This document shows positions 16,622 through 25,079 of a stretch of 27,122 nucleotides of DNA, in pieces. The notes under the pieces were generated by a model. The model was not told where the DNA came from and did no database searches. It was given only the letters and a program-made list of their open reading frames with translations. This stretch comes from a virus (Duplodnaviria > Caudoviricetes). The position numbers and the translations under genes were made by a program. The stretch spans positions 1 through 27,122 of IMG/VR virus record IMGVR_UViG_3300012231_000038; one strand, given 5' to 3'. How positions within the stretch are numbered: position 1 is the stretch's first letter; every line of letters begins with the position of its first letter.

Positions 16622-17554
16622 GTGGCCGACAACACGACCCTCAACACGGGAGCGGGCGGCGACGTCATCGCGTCCGACGACATCGCGGGCGTCAAGTTTC
16701 AGCGGGTCAAACTGGTCCAAGGCGCGGACGGGGTGAACGACGGGGACGTTTCCTCGGCGGCGCCGCTTCAGGTAACCCTCGCGAACACGGGCGCGAACGC
16801 GACGGCCGTCAAGGTGGACGGCTCGGCCGTCACGCAGCCCGTCAGCGCGGCCTCGCTGCCCCTCCCGGCTGGCGCGGCTACCTCCGCGGCCCAGCTCCCG
16901 AACAGCCACGACGTGACGGTGGACAACGCGGCTGGCGCGTCGGCCGTGAACGTCCAGGACGGCGGGAACAGCATCACCGTGGACGGGACCGTGGCAGTGT
17001 CCTCTCTGCCGGCGAGCACGAACACCCTCGAGGTGGTGGGCGACGTGGCGCAGGACGCCGCGGTCGCTGGCAACCCGGTCCTGATCGGGGCCCGGGCCTC
17101 GACGGCGATCCCCGCCGCCATGAGCGCCGACGGCGACGCGGTCCACGTCTGGTCGAACCGGAGCGGGGCGCAGGTGGTGACGGTTGCCCCCCACGTCGGG
17201 CTCAACAGCGACCCGTGGAACCTCGTCCACGAGACGGCGCAGTTCACCACGACTCAGACGTCGACCGTCCTCGTGGCGGGCGGCGCGTCGGAGAAGATCG
17301 TCATCACGAAGGTCCTGATCGCCTGCGCGGGGACCACGACCTTCGACCTCCAGCTCTACTTCGGAACCGGGGCGTACTCCCGCGGCACCAGCCGAGCGAT
17401 CTTCGACGGCACGTTCAAGCCTTCGACCACGCTGGCCCCGGGAGCGATCATGGACGGCCCCTTCATCGCCGGCACGAATGGCGACGACATCCTGGTGACC
17501 ACCTCGGCGAACGGGACCGTGACCATCACGGTGTGGTACTACGTCGTCACCTAG
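16622..17554 (+). CDS. Putative fibre / beta-strand-repeat virion protein
   Basis: MADN...FQRVKL..GADG...VS...PL.V N-terminus with VDGS.VTQPVS and ITVDGTV repeats. Confidence 0.72.
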   Translation: MADNTTLNTGAGGDVIASDDIAGVKFQRVKLVQGADGVNDGDVSSAAPLQVTLANTGANATAVKVDGSAVTQPVSAASLPLPAGAATSAAQLPNSHDVTVDNAAGASAVNVQDGGNSITVDGTVAVSSLPASTNTLEVVGDVAQDAAVAGNPVLIGARASTAIPAAMSADGDAVHVWSNRSGAQVVTVAPHVGLNSDPWNLVHETAQFTTTQTSTVLVAGGASEKIVITKVLIACAGTTTFDLQLYFGTGAYSRGTSRAIFDGTFKPSTTLAPGAIMDGPFIAGTNGDDILVTTSANGTVTITVWYYVVT

Positions 17555-17563
17555 GAGAGCCCC

Positions 17564-17758
17564 ATGGCCGCCGAGCGCCATCCCGTGCAGGAGCGCCTCG
17601 ACCTCCCGGTCGACCGCCGCGTGCAGCTCCTCGAGCAGCTCGTGGCGCAGCTGTGGGACCAGGTCTGGTGGATGAACCTGGCCCCTGAGGCCCGCGCGGA
17701 GTACGAGCGGCAGGGCTTCACCGCCCCGATCGAGCGGTTCTACGGCGTGAAGGAGTAG
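17564..17758 (+). CDS. Small hypothetical protein
   Basis: AGGAG SD and GC3-rich codons. Confidence 0.7.
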   Translation: MAAERHPVQERLDLPVDRRVQLLEQLVAQLWDQVWWMNLAPEARAEYERQGFTAPIERFYGVKE

Positions 17759-17762
17759 CCCC

Positions 17763-18443
17763 GTGGCGGCCATCACCTGGTTCGTCACGAACGCCCTGGC
17801 GGACGTCCACGCCGAAATGTCCGAGTCCGACCCGGGGGCGGAGGCTTACGGGAGCCCGGTCACGGGATGGGTCGTAGGGACGGGCGTGGGCAACCATGCC
17901 GCGATGGACAGCCAGACCGAGCTGGCGGCTACGGCGTTCGCGTCCACCACGCCCCCGGATGGGACCCCCGATACCGTCACAGGCGACTGCTTCCGCTCGA
18001 CCAATGCCTACAGCGGCACGTTCGACGCCGGGAACTGGAACGTCCACTTCGCCGCGCGGGCTCAGACCCAGGGCGGGGCGCAGGACGGCCGGATGCGCTG
18101 CCGGCTCCTGCGCGGGTCCGACCCCAGCGGCTCCGGCGCGACGGAGATCACCGGGGCCCAGCAGCAGGGCGGGCTCGTCACGAACCTCACGACCAGCGCG
18201 ACCCAGGTGTCCACGGCGACCTTCAACCCAGGCTCCTTCTCCGTGACGGCGGAGTACCTCTTCGTCCAGATCGCGTGGGAGCGCACCGGGGCCGGCGGGA
18301 TGGCGACCTCCGACGTCAACCTCCGGATCGGCAACGGCTCGGGCGCTGGGTCGCGTGTCATCAGCGCGAACTTCACGCCCAGCGCGGCTCCGGAAGACCC
18401 GTACTCGTTCGCGGGCGGCGGGTTCTTCCCGGCGGAGGGGTAG
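17763..18443 (+). CDS. Putative virion structural protein
   Basis: AAGGAG SD, Thr/Gly/Ala-rich beta composition and structural-gene context. Confidence 0.7.
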   Translation: MAAITWFVTNALADVHAEMSESDPGAEAYGSPVTGWVVGTGVGNHAAMDSQTELAATAFASTTPPDGTPDTVTGDCFRSTNAYSGTFDAGNWNVHFAARAQTQGGAQDGRMRCRLLRGSDPSGSGATEITGAQQQGGLVTNLTTSATQVSTATFNPGSFSVTAEYLFVQIAWERTGAGGMATSDVNLRIGNGSGAGSRVISANFTPSAAPEDPYSFAGGGFFPAEG

Positions 18444-18447
18444 CCTC

Positions 18448-19851
18448 GTGCTGCTCCCGCTGTTGCTCAACCTTGCCGGTGGGGTCCCGCCCGTTACCGG
18501 GACCGGGGCAGGTACCTTTCCCGCGCTCGAGGGCTCGGCAGCCGGAGTTCACGGAGTCTCGGGCGTGGCCGCGGGCGACTTCCCGGCCTTGGTTGGCGCG
18601 GCGGCAGGAGCTCACGGCGTTACTGGAGCAGGGGCTGGAACTTTCCCCGCGCTCGTTGGCGAAGCGGCCGGAGCGCATGGCGTTGCCGGAGTAGGAGCTG
18701 GTTCCTTCCCCGCGCTCGAAGGTGAGGGGATCGGGGCCTTTGGCGGGGACTTCGGCTTTGACGGCCAGTTCTACGCCCGTGGTCAGGACCCTGACTTCCC
18801 GAGAGGCGTTTATCGTCGGAAGCCGGAGTGGTCTTGGCTATGGCAGCAGCTCGTCTTCTGCCTGCCGTTCAACGATCCGGTGATGGAGAGCGGAATCCCC
18901 TTCTTCTCCGACGGGAACAAGTTCCAGTGCTGGGACGTGGGCCCGGAACGGGTGGGGTCTGGAGGACGCGCGCTCGGCATCGGAGTACCGGTGACCAGGA
19001 ACGTCCCAAACTTTTACACGACCGCAGTGCCGAGCCTCGCCGGAAACGTGGGGATCCGCTTCAACAACGGAAACGGAGCGGCTTCGACTTACGGAGCCCT
19101 AGATTACTTGAACGTGAACGGCGGCCAGCCGATGATCCAGCGGAATACTGGAGACGGCTTCACGCTCGCGATGGTCTACACGAACACCCAGACGAATGGG
19201 ACGAGCCGTCGATTGTTCATGATGCTGAACAGCTTCCTGGGCATCCTCGAGGCCGTCAACATCACCCCGACCTCGATCAACTGGCAGACGTTCATCACGA
19301 ACCACGTCGTCTCCACGTCCACGGTCGGGATCCGATCGACCTTCGTCTTCACCGGGCGGTATGCCTCGGCTGGCGGCACGCCAGTCAGAAGCATCTACCA
19401 GAACGGGCGCCTCTTGGGCTCAGTGGCGAATGCCCCGATCGGCCACGGCGACCAAGGCATCCGGCTTGGGACGAACGGGGTCAACGAAAACGGATCCGCG
19501 AACGGCCACCTAGAACTCTTGCTCACCTCGAACCGCTACTGGGGACCCGACCGAGTCGCTCAGTGGAGCGCCGCCCCGTTCACGTTCCTCGAAATGCGCC
19601 CGCGCCGCAGGCGCTTCGAAGTCCCGGTTCCACCCTTCGTTCCCGGCCCTCCCGCCTGCTTGACGGCCGGGCTTGACGTCAACCCGCGCGCCGCCGCCGG
19701 CCTCGAGGTCGAGCCTCAAGTCCGTGCATTCGGTCCGTCCGCGCTCGCCCGCGTCCACGCTCGAGCCGAGTCCTTGGCGCGAGCCCGGGCTGGTCGAGGT
19801 GCCGGTTCGAGAGCTCGCGGCCGCCCGGGCGCCTGCAAGCCCGAGAGGTGA
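18448..19851 (+). CDS. Fibre-like protein with 21-aa repeats and a LamG/concanavalin-like domain
   Basis: MLLPLLLNL start, four repeats, and a LamG-like pattern FTLAMV...RSIYQNGRLLG...IRLG...NGHL...PF.F. Confidence 0.7.
   Translation: MLLPLLLNLAGGVPPVTGTGAGTFPALEGSAAGVHGVSGVAAGDFPALVGAAAGAHGVTGAGAGTFPALVGEAAGAHGVAGVGAGSFPALEGEGIGAFGGDFGFDGQFYARGQDPDFPRGVYRRKPEWSWLWQQLVFCLPFNDPVMESGIPFFSDGNKFQCWDVGPERVGSGGRALGIGVPVTRNVPNFYTTAVPSLAGNVGIRFNNGNGAASTYGALDYLNVNGGQPMIQRNTGDGFTLAMVYTNTQTNGTSRRLFMMLNSFLGILEAVNITPTSINWQTFITNHVVSTSTVGIRSTFVFTGRYASAGGTPVRSIYQNGRLLGSVANAPIGHGDQGIRLGTNGVNENGSANGHLELLLTSNRYWGPDRVAQWSAAPFTFLEMRPRRRRFEVPVPPFVPGPPACLTAGLDVNPRAAAGLEVEPQVRAFGPSALARVHARAESLARARAGRGAGSRARGRPGACKPER
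18493..18744 (+). repeat. 4 x 63-nt coding tandem repeat (V.G..AG.FPAL.G...G..G)
   Basis: VTGTGAGTFPALEGSAAGVHG / VSGVAAGDFPALVGAAAGAHG / VTGAGAGTFPALVGEAAGAHG / VAGVGAGSFPALEGEGIGAFG. Confidence 0.9.
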
Positions 19852-19863
19852 TAGAATCCAGCC

Positions 19864-20439
19864 GTGGCCGACGACATCACCCTTCAGTGGAAGACTACCT
19901 CCTTGATCCGCCTCGTGGACCCCGAGGACGAGTCGACGGTTCCGTCCACCCTCATCACCACGGTGGCCGGCGCGACCTGCTCGTTCAAGGTGTACGACGT
20001 GGCGAAGGACGAGGTCCTCTTCGGGGCCGAGGCAGGGGGCCAGACGGTCCTGTCAGTCACGGGTGCCGGCTCCTTCGTAGTCGGCGACGTGGTGGAGGTG
20101 GACCTGGACGCCGGGACGGTCCACGACGCCGGCGCCGTGACGGCCGTGGATCCCGCGCTCGGGACGATCACGGTCACCACGGCCCTGGCCAGCGCAGCCG
20201 CCGCGGGTCGGCGCGTTCGGGTCCGCCTGGGCCCGTCGGTCTCCATGGCTCAATACGGCGTCGCGGCTCTCGGGTCTGACACTTGGGGCTTCGTGGGGAC
20301 CCTCGCGCACAACCACCCCGGCCTGGTGAAGGACCTCCACGTCGCGGTGGAGATCACCCTGGTTGGCCCGGCCGCCGCGTACCAGAGGCTCGACGTCCTG
20401 TGCGCGACCGTCCAGCAGGTCGCCGACTGTGGCGACTAA
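19864..20439 (+). CDS. Hypothetical virion protein
   Basis: Beta-rich, with F.VGD.V...VTAVD...TITVTTAL. TGaTAGAAT lies upstream. Confidence 0.7.
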   Translation: MADDITLQWKTTSLIRLVDPEDESTVPSTLITTVAGATCSFKVYDVAKDEVLFGAEAGGQTVLSVTGAGSFVVGDVVEVDLDAGTVHDAGAVTAVDPALGTITVTTALASAAAAGRRVRVRLGPSVSMAQYGVAALGSDTWGFVGTLAHNHPGLVKDLHVAVEITLVGPAAAYQRLDVLCATVQQVADCGD

Positions 20440-20794
20440 GTCCTGCGAGCGAAGGTCCGCCTGCGTCGGATCCTTGCGAGATCGCGTCGTCCTCCACCAG
20501 AGGACTATCACGGAGCCGATCTTCGGAGACCCCGACTTCGGCGAGGACTTCGAGGGAGTCCCCAAGTGGGCGAGCATCAAGACGAATCCCGGCGTGACTC
20601 AGGCCGGCAACGAGCCGCTCACGACGCACGAGATCACCGTCAGGTTCGACTCGTCCGTGACGGACGAGTCGTGGCTCCAGCTCCCGGACGGGCGGAGGCT
20701 CGACGTCCTCTCGGTCGAGGACTTGGACGAGCGCCACGAGTACATGGTCCTCCTGTGCTCTGATCGCGGGAAGACGGAGTCGTCGAAGTCATGA
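20429..20794 (+). CDS. Head closure / head-tail adaptor (SPP1 gp16-like)
   Basis: Motifs GSLRDRVVL, WASI, THEITVRF and DLDERHEY..L.C. Confidence 0.85.
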   Translation: MATKSCERRSACVGSLRDRVVLHQRTITEPIFGDPDFGEDFEGVPKWASIKTNPGVTQAGNEPLTTHEITVRFDSSVTDESWLQLPDGRRLDVLSVEDLDERHEYMVLLCSDRGKTESSKS

Positions 20795-21279
20795 GTGACT
20801 TCTCGTTCAAGGCCGGCCCCGAAGAAGGCCACGTCTTCGTGCGCCTCTACGGAATCCAGGAGGCCACGCGCCGCGCGATCCGCCAGAGCTGGTTCACGGT
20901 CGGCAAGGACTTGCAGGCAGAGGCGAACCACGAGATCCTGAAGGGCCGAAAGACCGGGCGCCTCTACTCCGTGAAGGGGTCGCGAGGCCGATCTCGGCGC
21001 CACAGGGCGTCGGCCCCCGGCGAGACTCACGCGAACCTCTCCGGGCGGCTCCGCCGGTCCATCAGCTGGAAGGTCCACGGAACCGACTCCATGGACTTCG
21101 GCTACGGGGTCTCGACCACGCAGTCCAACGCCGCGCCCGACTACGCCTCCTTCGTGGAGTTCGGGACCAGCCGGATGGACGCCCGCCCGAGCCTCAAGAA
21201 CGCGATCAACGCCACCCAGCGCTCCACCGAGCAGGCGCTTGCCGGAGCCGCGGCCCGAGAGTTCGGGGGCCGGGAATAA
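20791..21279 (+). CDS. HK97 gp10-like neck/tail protein
   Basis: Motifs HRASAPGE...G.L..SI and YA..VEFGT.RM.ARP.L. Confidence 0.85.
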   Translation: MSDFSFKAGPEEGHVFVRLYGIQEATRRAIRQSWFTVGKDLQAEANHEILKGRKTGRLYSVKGSRGRSRRHRASAPGETHANLSGRLRRSISWKVHGTDSMDFGYGVSTTQSNAAPDYASFVEFGTSRMDARPSLKNAINATQRSTEQALAGAAAREFGGRE

Positions 21280-22379
21280 TGCGCGCCAGCGACCTCGTGA
21301 CTCAGCTCGCCCTCCTGCTCCCTCAGGTGACCGACAAGCTCACGACGAACGTCCCCGTGGCGTCCCTGACCAGGTCCGGGACCGTGGTGACCGCGGCCTG
21401 CTCTGCTCCTCACGGCCTGGAAGTGGGGGCCGCCGTCAGCATCTCGGGAGCCGTCGTCCCGATCCCGATCACGAGCCTGACGAGGTCTGGGACGACCGGG
21501 ACCTTGGTCACCTCCACGGACCACGACCTGACTTCACCGGTCGCGCCGACGGTCACGATCAGCGGGGCCGTTGAGGCTTCCTTCAACGGGACCTTCTCTG
21601 TCATCCAGGTGAGGAACCGCAGGACCATCACCTTCTCCATGGCCGACAGTGGCCCGGTGACCGCCACGGGATCTCCCCGGCTCGAGGGCGGCGAGTCCGC
21701 CCTGCGCCAGTACAACTCCGCCTATGCCGTGACTGAGGTCCCGAACCCCTCGACCTTCCGCTTCGTCCAGGCGGTCGCCTCTCTCCCGAACCCGATCGGG
21801 ACTATCTCCGCCAGGACTCGGGCGCGCGTCTCCTCGACGGTCAGTCCGGCCCGCGCCGTGGCGGCGTACACCCAGCAGTCTCGAGACGCCCTGTGGCTCT
21901 TCGCCGTCCTGGAGGACGTGGTCGCTTCGAAGAGCCGAGAGATCCGGTCCGACGCCGTGGACAACATCCAGAGGGGCAACTACTTCCGCCAGCAGGTCAC
22001 GCAGCCCTTCAGCCTGTACCTCTTCATCCCGGTCACGGACGAGATCGGGGGCCGCGAGGCGAGGGACGTGGCGGAGGACCTCTTCCGCCAGATCTGCCGG
22101 GCGGTCCTCCACTCGAAGTTCGACTCGGGCCTGGCCGCGGGGCGGCAGGGGACCGTTCAGTTCGTGGGCCACGGGACCTTCGACTACGACCCGACTTCGG
22201 TCTACGTCCACTCGTACTCGTTCCAGCAGACCGTGGACCTCACGTTCGACGACACGGTGGGTCCGGACCTCGACGTGGCCTTCCGAGAGGTCGTCCTGAC
22301 TCAGTTCCCCGACCTGGAGCTCGGGACCGGGCTCGCCAACCTGGTCGCGAACATCGACCTCGACGACGTGCCTCTCTGA
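21279..22379 (+). CDS. Tail terminator/neck-like protein with two FCCH-like beta domains
   Basis: Located between the gp10-like gene and the sheath, with two SLTRSG...H.L...ISGA units. Confidence 0.65.
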   Translation: MRASDLVTQLALLLPQVTDKLTTNVPVASLTRSGTVVTAACSAPHGLEVGAAVSISGAVVPIPITSLTRSGTTGTLVTSTDHDLTSPVAPTVTISGAVEASFNGTFSVIQVRNRRTITFSMADSGPVTATGSPRLEGGESALRQYNSAYAVTEVPNPSTFRFVQAVASLPNPIGTISARTRARVSSTVSPARAVAAYTQQSRDALWLFAVLEDVVASKSREIRSDAVDNIQRGNYFRQQVTQPFSLYLFIPVTDEIGGREARDVAEDLFRQICRAVLHSKFDSGLAAGRQGTVQFVGHGTFDYDPTSVYVHSYSFQQTVDLTFDDTVGPDLDVAFREVVLTQFPDLELGTGLANLVANIDLDDVPL

Positions 22380-22449
22380 CCCAGTGTCCCCGTGATATGA
22401 TCGGGGTGCCGGGCGAGCGGCGGCCGCCGCAGCCCAGAAGGAGCAGCTC

Positions 22450-24006
22450 ATGAGCGGGTCCCAGATCCTCCAGCCGTCGGTCACGATCGCCATCGCGAAC
22501 GCGACCCTCGCCGTGCAGAACACCGCCCAGCGGGTGCTCCTGGTCGGACAGAAGGTCGCCGCGGGCAGCGCGCCGACCGGCGTCCTGGTGCAGAACCTCT
22601 CGAGCACGGGAGCCCCGGAAAACGCCCTCTTCGGGCAGAGCTCCATGCTGGCCGCGATGGTCCGGGCCTTCAAGAAGGTCAACGAGATCGTCCAGGTCGA
22701 CGCGATCCCGATCGACGACAACGGCGCCGGCGTGCCTCGCACGGTCCTCTTCACCGTAGTGGGTCCCGCCACCGCGGCCGGGACGATCACGGTCGTCGCG
22801 GGAAGCCAGGTCGACTTCACCTTCACGGTCGCCTTCGCCTCCGGCGACACGGCCACCGTGATCGCGGGCAACATCGTCACCGCGATCAACGCGAACCTGT
22901 CGACTCCCTTCACGGCCTCGAACATCGCCGGCGCGGTCACCCTGACCGCCGACAACGACGGCACCGTGGCGAACGACCTCGGCGTGGAGGTCAAGGACAT
23001 CACGGCGAGCGCGGGCGTCTCCGTCGCCGCGGTGACCCAGGGCGTCGCGGGCGCGACGGACCCGACCCTGACCGGGATCCTCGCGGTGGCGACGGGGCGG
23101 TACCAGGCGATCGTGTGGCCCTACCGGGCGACCGCGGTCCTGACGTCCTTCCTCGATCCCCGGTTCAACCCGGCGAACACCATCCTCGACGGAGTGGGGT
23201 TCGTCACGGTCCAGGACACGCACGCGAACATCCTGACGTACCTCAACGCCCTGAACACGCCCAGCCTCGCCGTCTTCGCGGACAAGCAGACGACGGAGAC
23301 GCGGTACCTGGGCCCGGCGCAGAACGCGGAGAGCTACGTCAAGTCGACGCTCTTCGCGGGGATCCGAGCGCTGCGCCTCACCCCCGACGCCTCGATCAGC
23401 CGGTTCCTCGTGAGCTCGGCCAGCCTCGACCAGTTCGGGGGCGTGGCCCTGGCGTCACTCCCGTACTTCAACACCCCGATGGCGGACCTGCCGGCCATCT
23501 CTCCCGGGCGCGGCTGGACCCTCACCGAGATCGAGCAGGTCCTGACGGCCGGCGGCTCGGTGATCGGGATGAACTTCTCGGGCACCTCCGCCCTGGTCGG
23601 CGAGGTGGCGACGACCTACAAGACCGACGCCGCCGCCAACCCGGACCCGACCTTCAAGTTCCTCGAGTACGTGGACACCGCGTCGAACGTCCGGGAGTAC
23701 TTCTTCAACAACCTGAAGAGCCGGTTCGCCCAGTCGCGCCTCACCCAGGGCTCGGTCACTCGGGGCCGAGACATGGCCAACGCGGACGTGATCCGGGCCT
23801 TCTGCGAGAAGCTCTACCTGGACCTGGCCGGCGCCGACTTCGTCCTGGTGCAGGACGGCGAGGCCGCGATCACGTTCTACAAGGACAACCTGACGATCAC
23901 CCTCGACCTCTCGACCGGGACCGCCCAGATCACCATGCTGGCTCCGATCGTCACCCAGCTCCGGACCATCATCGCGACCATCAAGATCGCGTTCAGCACC
24001 GAGTAG
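22450..24006 (+). CDS. Contractile tail sheath protein (Mu gpL-like)
   Basis: Motifs LLVGQ, LFG..SML..M, AT.AGTI, GATDP and TTYKTD..., 518 aa, with a GAAGGAG SD. Confidence 0.88.
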   Translation: MSGSQILQPSVTIAIANATLAVQNTAQRVLLVGQKVAAGSAPTGVLVQNLSSTGAPENALFGQSSMLAAMVRAFKKVNEIVQVDAIPIDDNGAGVPRTVLFTVVGPATAAGTITVVAGSQVDFTFTVAFASGDTATVIAGNIVTAINANLSTPFTASNIAGAVTLTADNDGTVANDLGVEVKDITASAGVSVAAVTQGVAGATDPTLTGILAVATGRYQAIVWPYRATAVLTSFLDPRFNPANTILDGVGFVTVQDTHANILTYLNALNTPSLAVFADKQTTETRYLGPAQNAESYVKSTLFAGIRALRLTPDASISRFLVSSASLDQFGGVALASLPYFNTPMADLPAISPGRGWTLTEIEQVLTAGGSVIGMNFSGTSALVGEVATTYKTDAAANPDPTFKFLEYVDTASNVREYFFNNLKSRFAQSRLTQGSVTRGRDMANADVIRAFCEKLYLDLAGADFVLVQDGEAAITFYKDNLTITLDLSTGTAQITMLAPIVTQLRTIIATIKIAFSTE

Positions 24007-24024
24007 CCAGGAGGCTCCCGACCC

Positions 24025-24417
24025 ATGTCGATTCAGCTGACGGACGCCGCAGTCATCGCGAACAACGAGGTGGTGGGGGTCATCCCCAACTCCGTCTCCT
24101 TCACCGAGGGCTTCGGCGAGCAGGTCGTCAGGGCCGTGTCGATCGGCGGCGGGAAGGTGGAGCAAGTCTACGCCCGCAACCTCGAGACGAACTTCGGGAC
24201 GCTCAAGTTCTCACTCCCGACCACGCCGGAAAACGTGAGGCTGGCCAGACAGTGGAAGACGAACGGGAACCAGAACGTGTTCCAGATCGCCGGCTCCACT
24301 CCGGAGGGGACGGTGACCCGGACCTTCACGGGCGCCGCTCTCTGCAACGACTACGAGGTCCCGATCGGGACCGAGGCGAACATCGAGATCGAGATCAAGG
24401 CCAACGCCCCGATCTAG
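24025..24417 (+). CDS. Tail tube protein
   Basis: 130-aa beta-rich protein directly after the sheath, with an AGGAGG SD. Confidence 0.8.
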   Translation: MSIQLTDAAVIANNEVVGVIPNSVSFTEGFGEQVVRAVSIGGGKVEQVYARNLETNFGTLKFSLPTTPENVRLARQWKTNGNQNVFQIAGSTPEGTVTRTFTGAALCNDYEVPIGTEANIEIEIKANAPI

Positions 24418-24424
24418 ATCTCCC

Positions 24425-24464
24425 CAGGGCAGAGGGCAGGGCCTCCTTGGACTCCTCTGCCCTG
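24425..24464 (+). promoter_or_regulatory. 11-bp stem-loop between the tube and chaperone genes
   Basis: CAGGGCAGAGG ... CCTCTGCCCTG. Confidence 0.5.
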
Positions 24465-24489
24465 CTCACCACCCCACGGAGACCCGCGA

Positions 24490-24921
24490 ATGAAGGAGCT
24501 GCAGTTCGACCTCAAGGAGCCGCTGGAGTATTCGACTGGAGGCAGCCAGTCCTCGTCTCAGTTCATCGTCCTCCACGCGCCGACGTCGAAGCACCGGAAG
24601 GAGTGCGCCGAGCTGAAGCAGGCGTTCTTCCGCGCGGTGAACGACATCGGGGGAGACGCAGAGGCTCCGGCCGACAAGAAGGACCCGACCGGGGAAGACG
24701 TCATGATGATGATCGCCATGTCGAGGGGAGCCGACCTCCACTCGGTCCTAGAGACGTCGAGGCGCCTCTTCACCGGGGGCGTCGCCCTGGTGGGAGGGGA
24801 GGAGCGGCTCACCTCCGCCCTGATCGACCGCATGTCGCTCGAGGACCTCGAGCGGATGACCGGCGAGTACCTCGTTTTTTTTCTGCTGAGCTCCGCACTG
24901 GAGAAGATGAAGGGCAGATGA
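24490..24921 (+). CDS. Tail assembly chaperone (G-like)
   Basis: Position between tube and tape measure, an L..PL N-terminus, and a slippery T8 run near the 3' end. Confidence 0.8.
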   Translation: MKELQFDLKEPLEYSTGGSQSSSQFIVLHAPTSKHRKECAELKQAFFRAVNDIGGDAEAPADKKDPTGEDVMMMIAMSRGADLHSVLETSRRLFTGGVALVGGEERLTSALIDRMSLEDLERMTGEYLVFFLLSSALEKMKGR

Positions 24922-25070
24922 TCCGGGCCATCGTCGAGATCATGGCGATGGTGGAGGGGTTCTCGTACGCCGAGCTCCGCCACATGCCCCTCGACGAGCT
25001 CAAGCTGGTCCAAGACGAGGTGATCCGGATCGCCAAGCTGCGCCGGCAGGCCGCTCGCCAGAAGGGATAG
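24918..25070 (+). CDS. Tail assembly chaperone extension (T/GpE'-like)
   Basis: Lies in the -1 frame relative to the upstream gene and contains FSYAELRHMPLDEL. Confidence 0.7.
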   Translation: MIRAIVEIMAMVEGFSYAELRHMPLDELKLVQDEVIRIAKLRRQAARQKG

Positions 25071-25079
25071 GATCTAGGC

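Noticed and set aside
19000-19520. AAC-rich stretch suggesting a DGR template or variable repeat
   Set aside because: I found no second near-identical copy differing at adenines and no reverse transcriptase in the window.
23115-25070. 651-aa alternative-frame + strand ORF
   Set aside because: It is an Arg/Pro-rich off-frame read-through of the sheath and tube genes. Only the last ~60 codons are plausible, as the chaperone extension.
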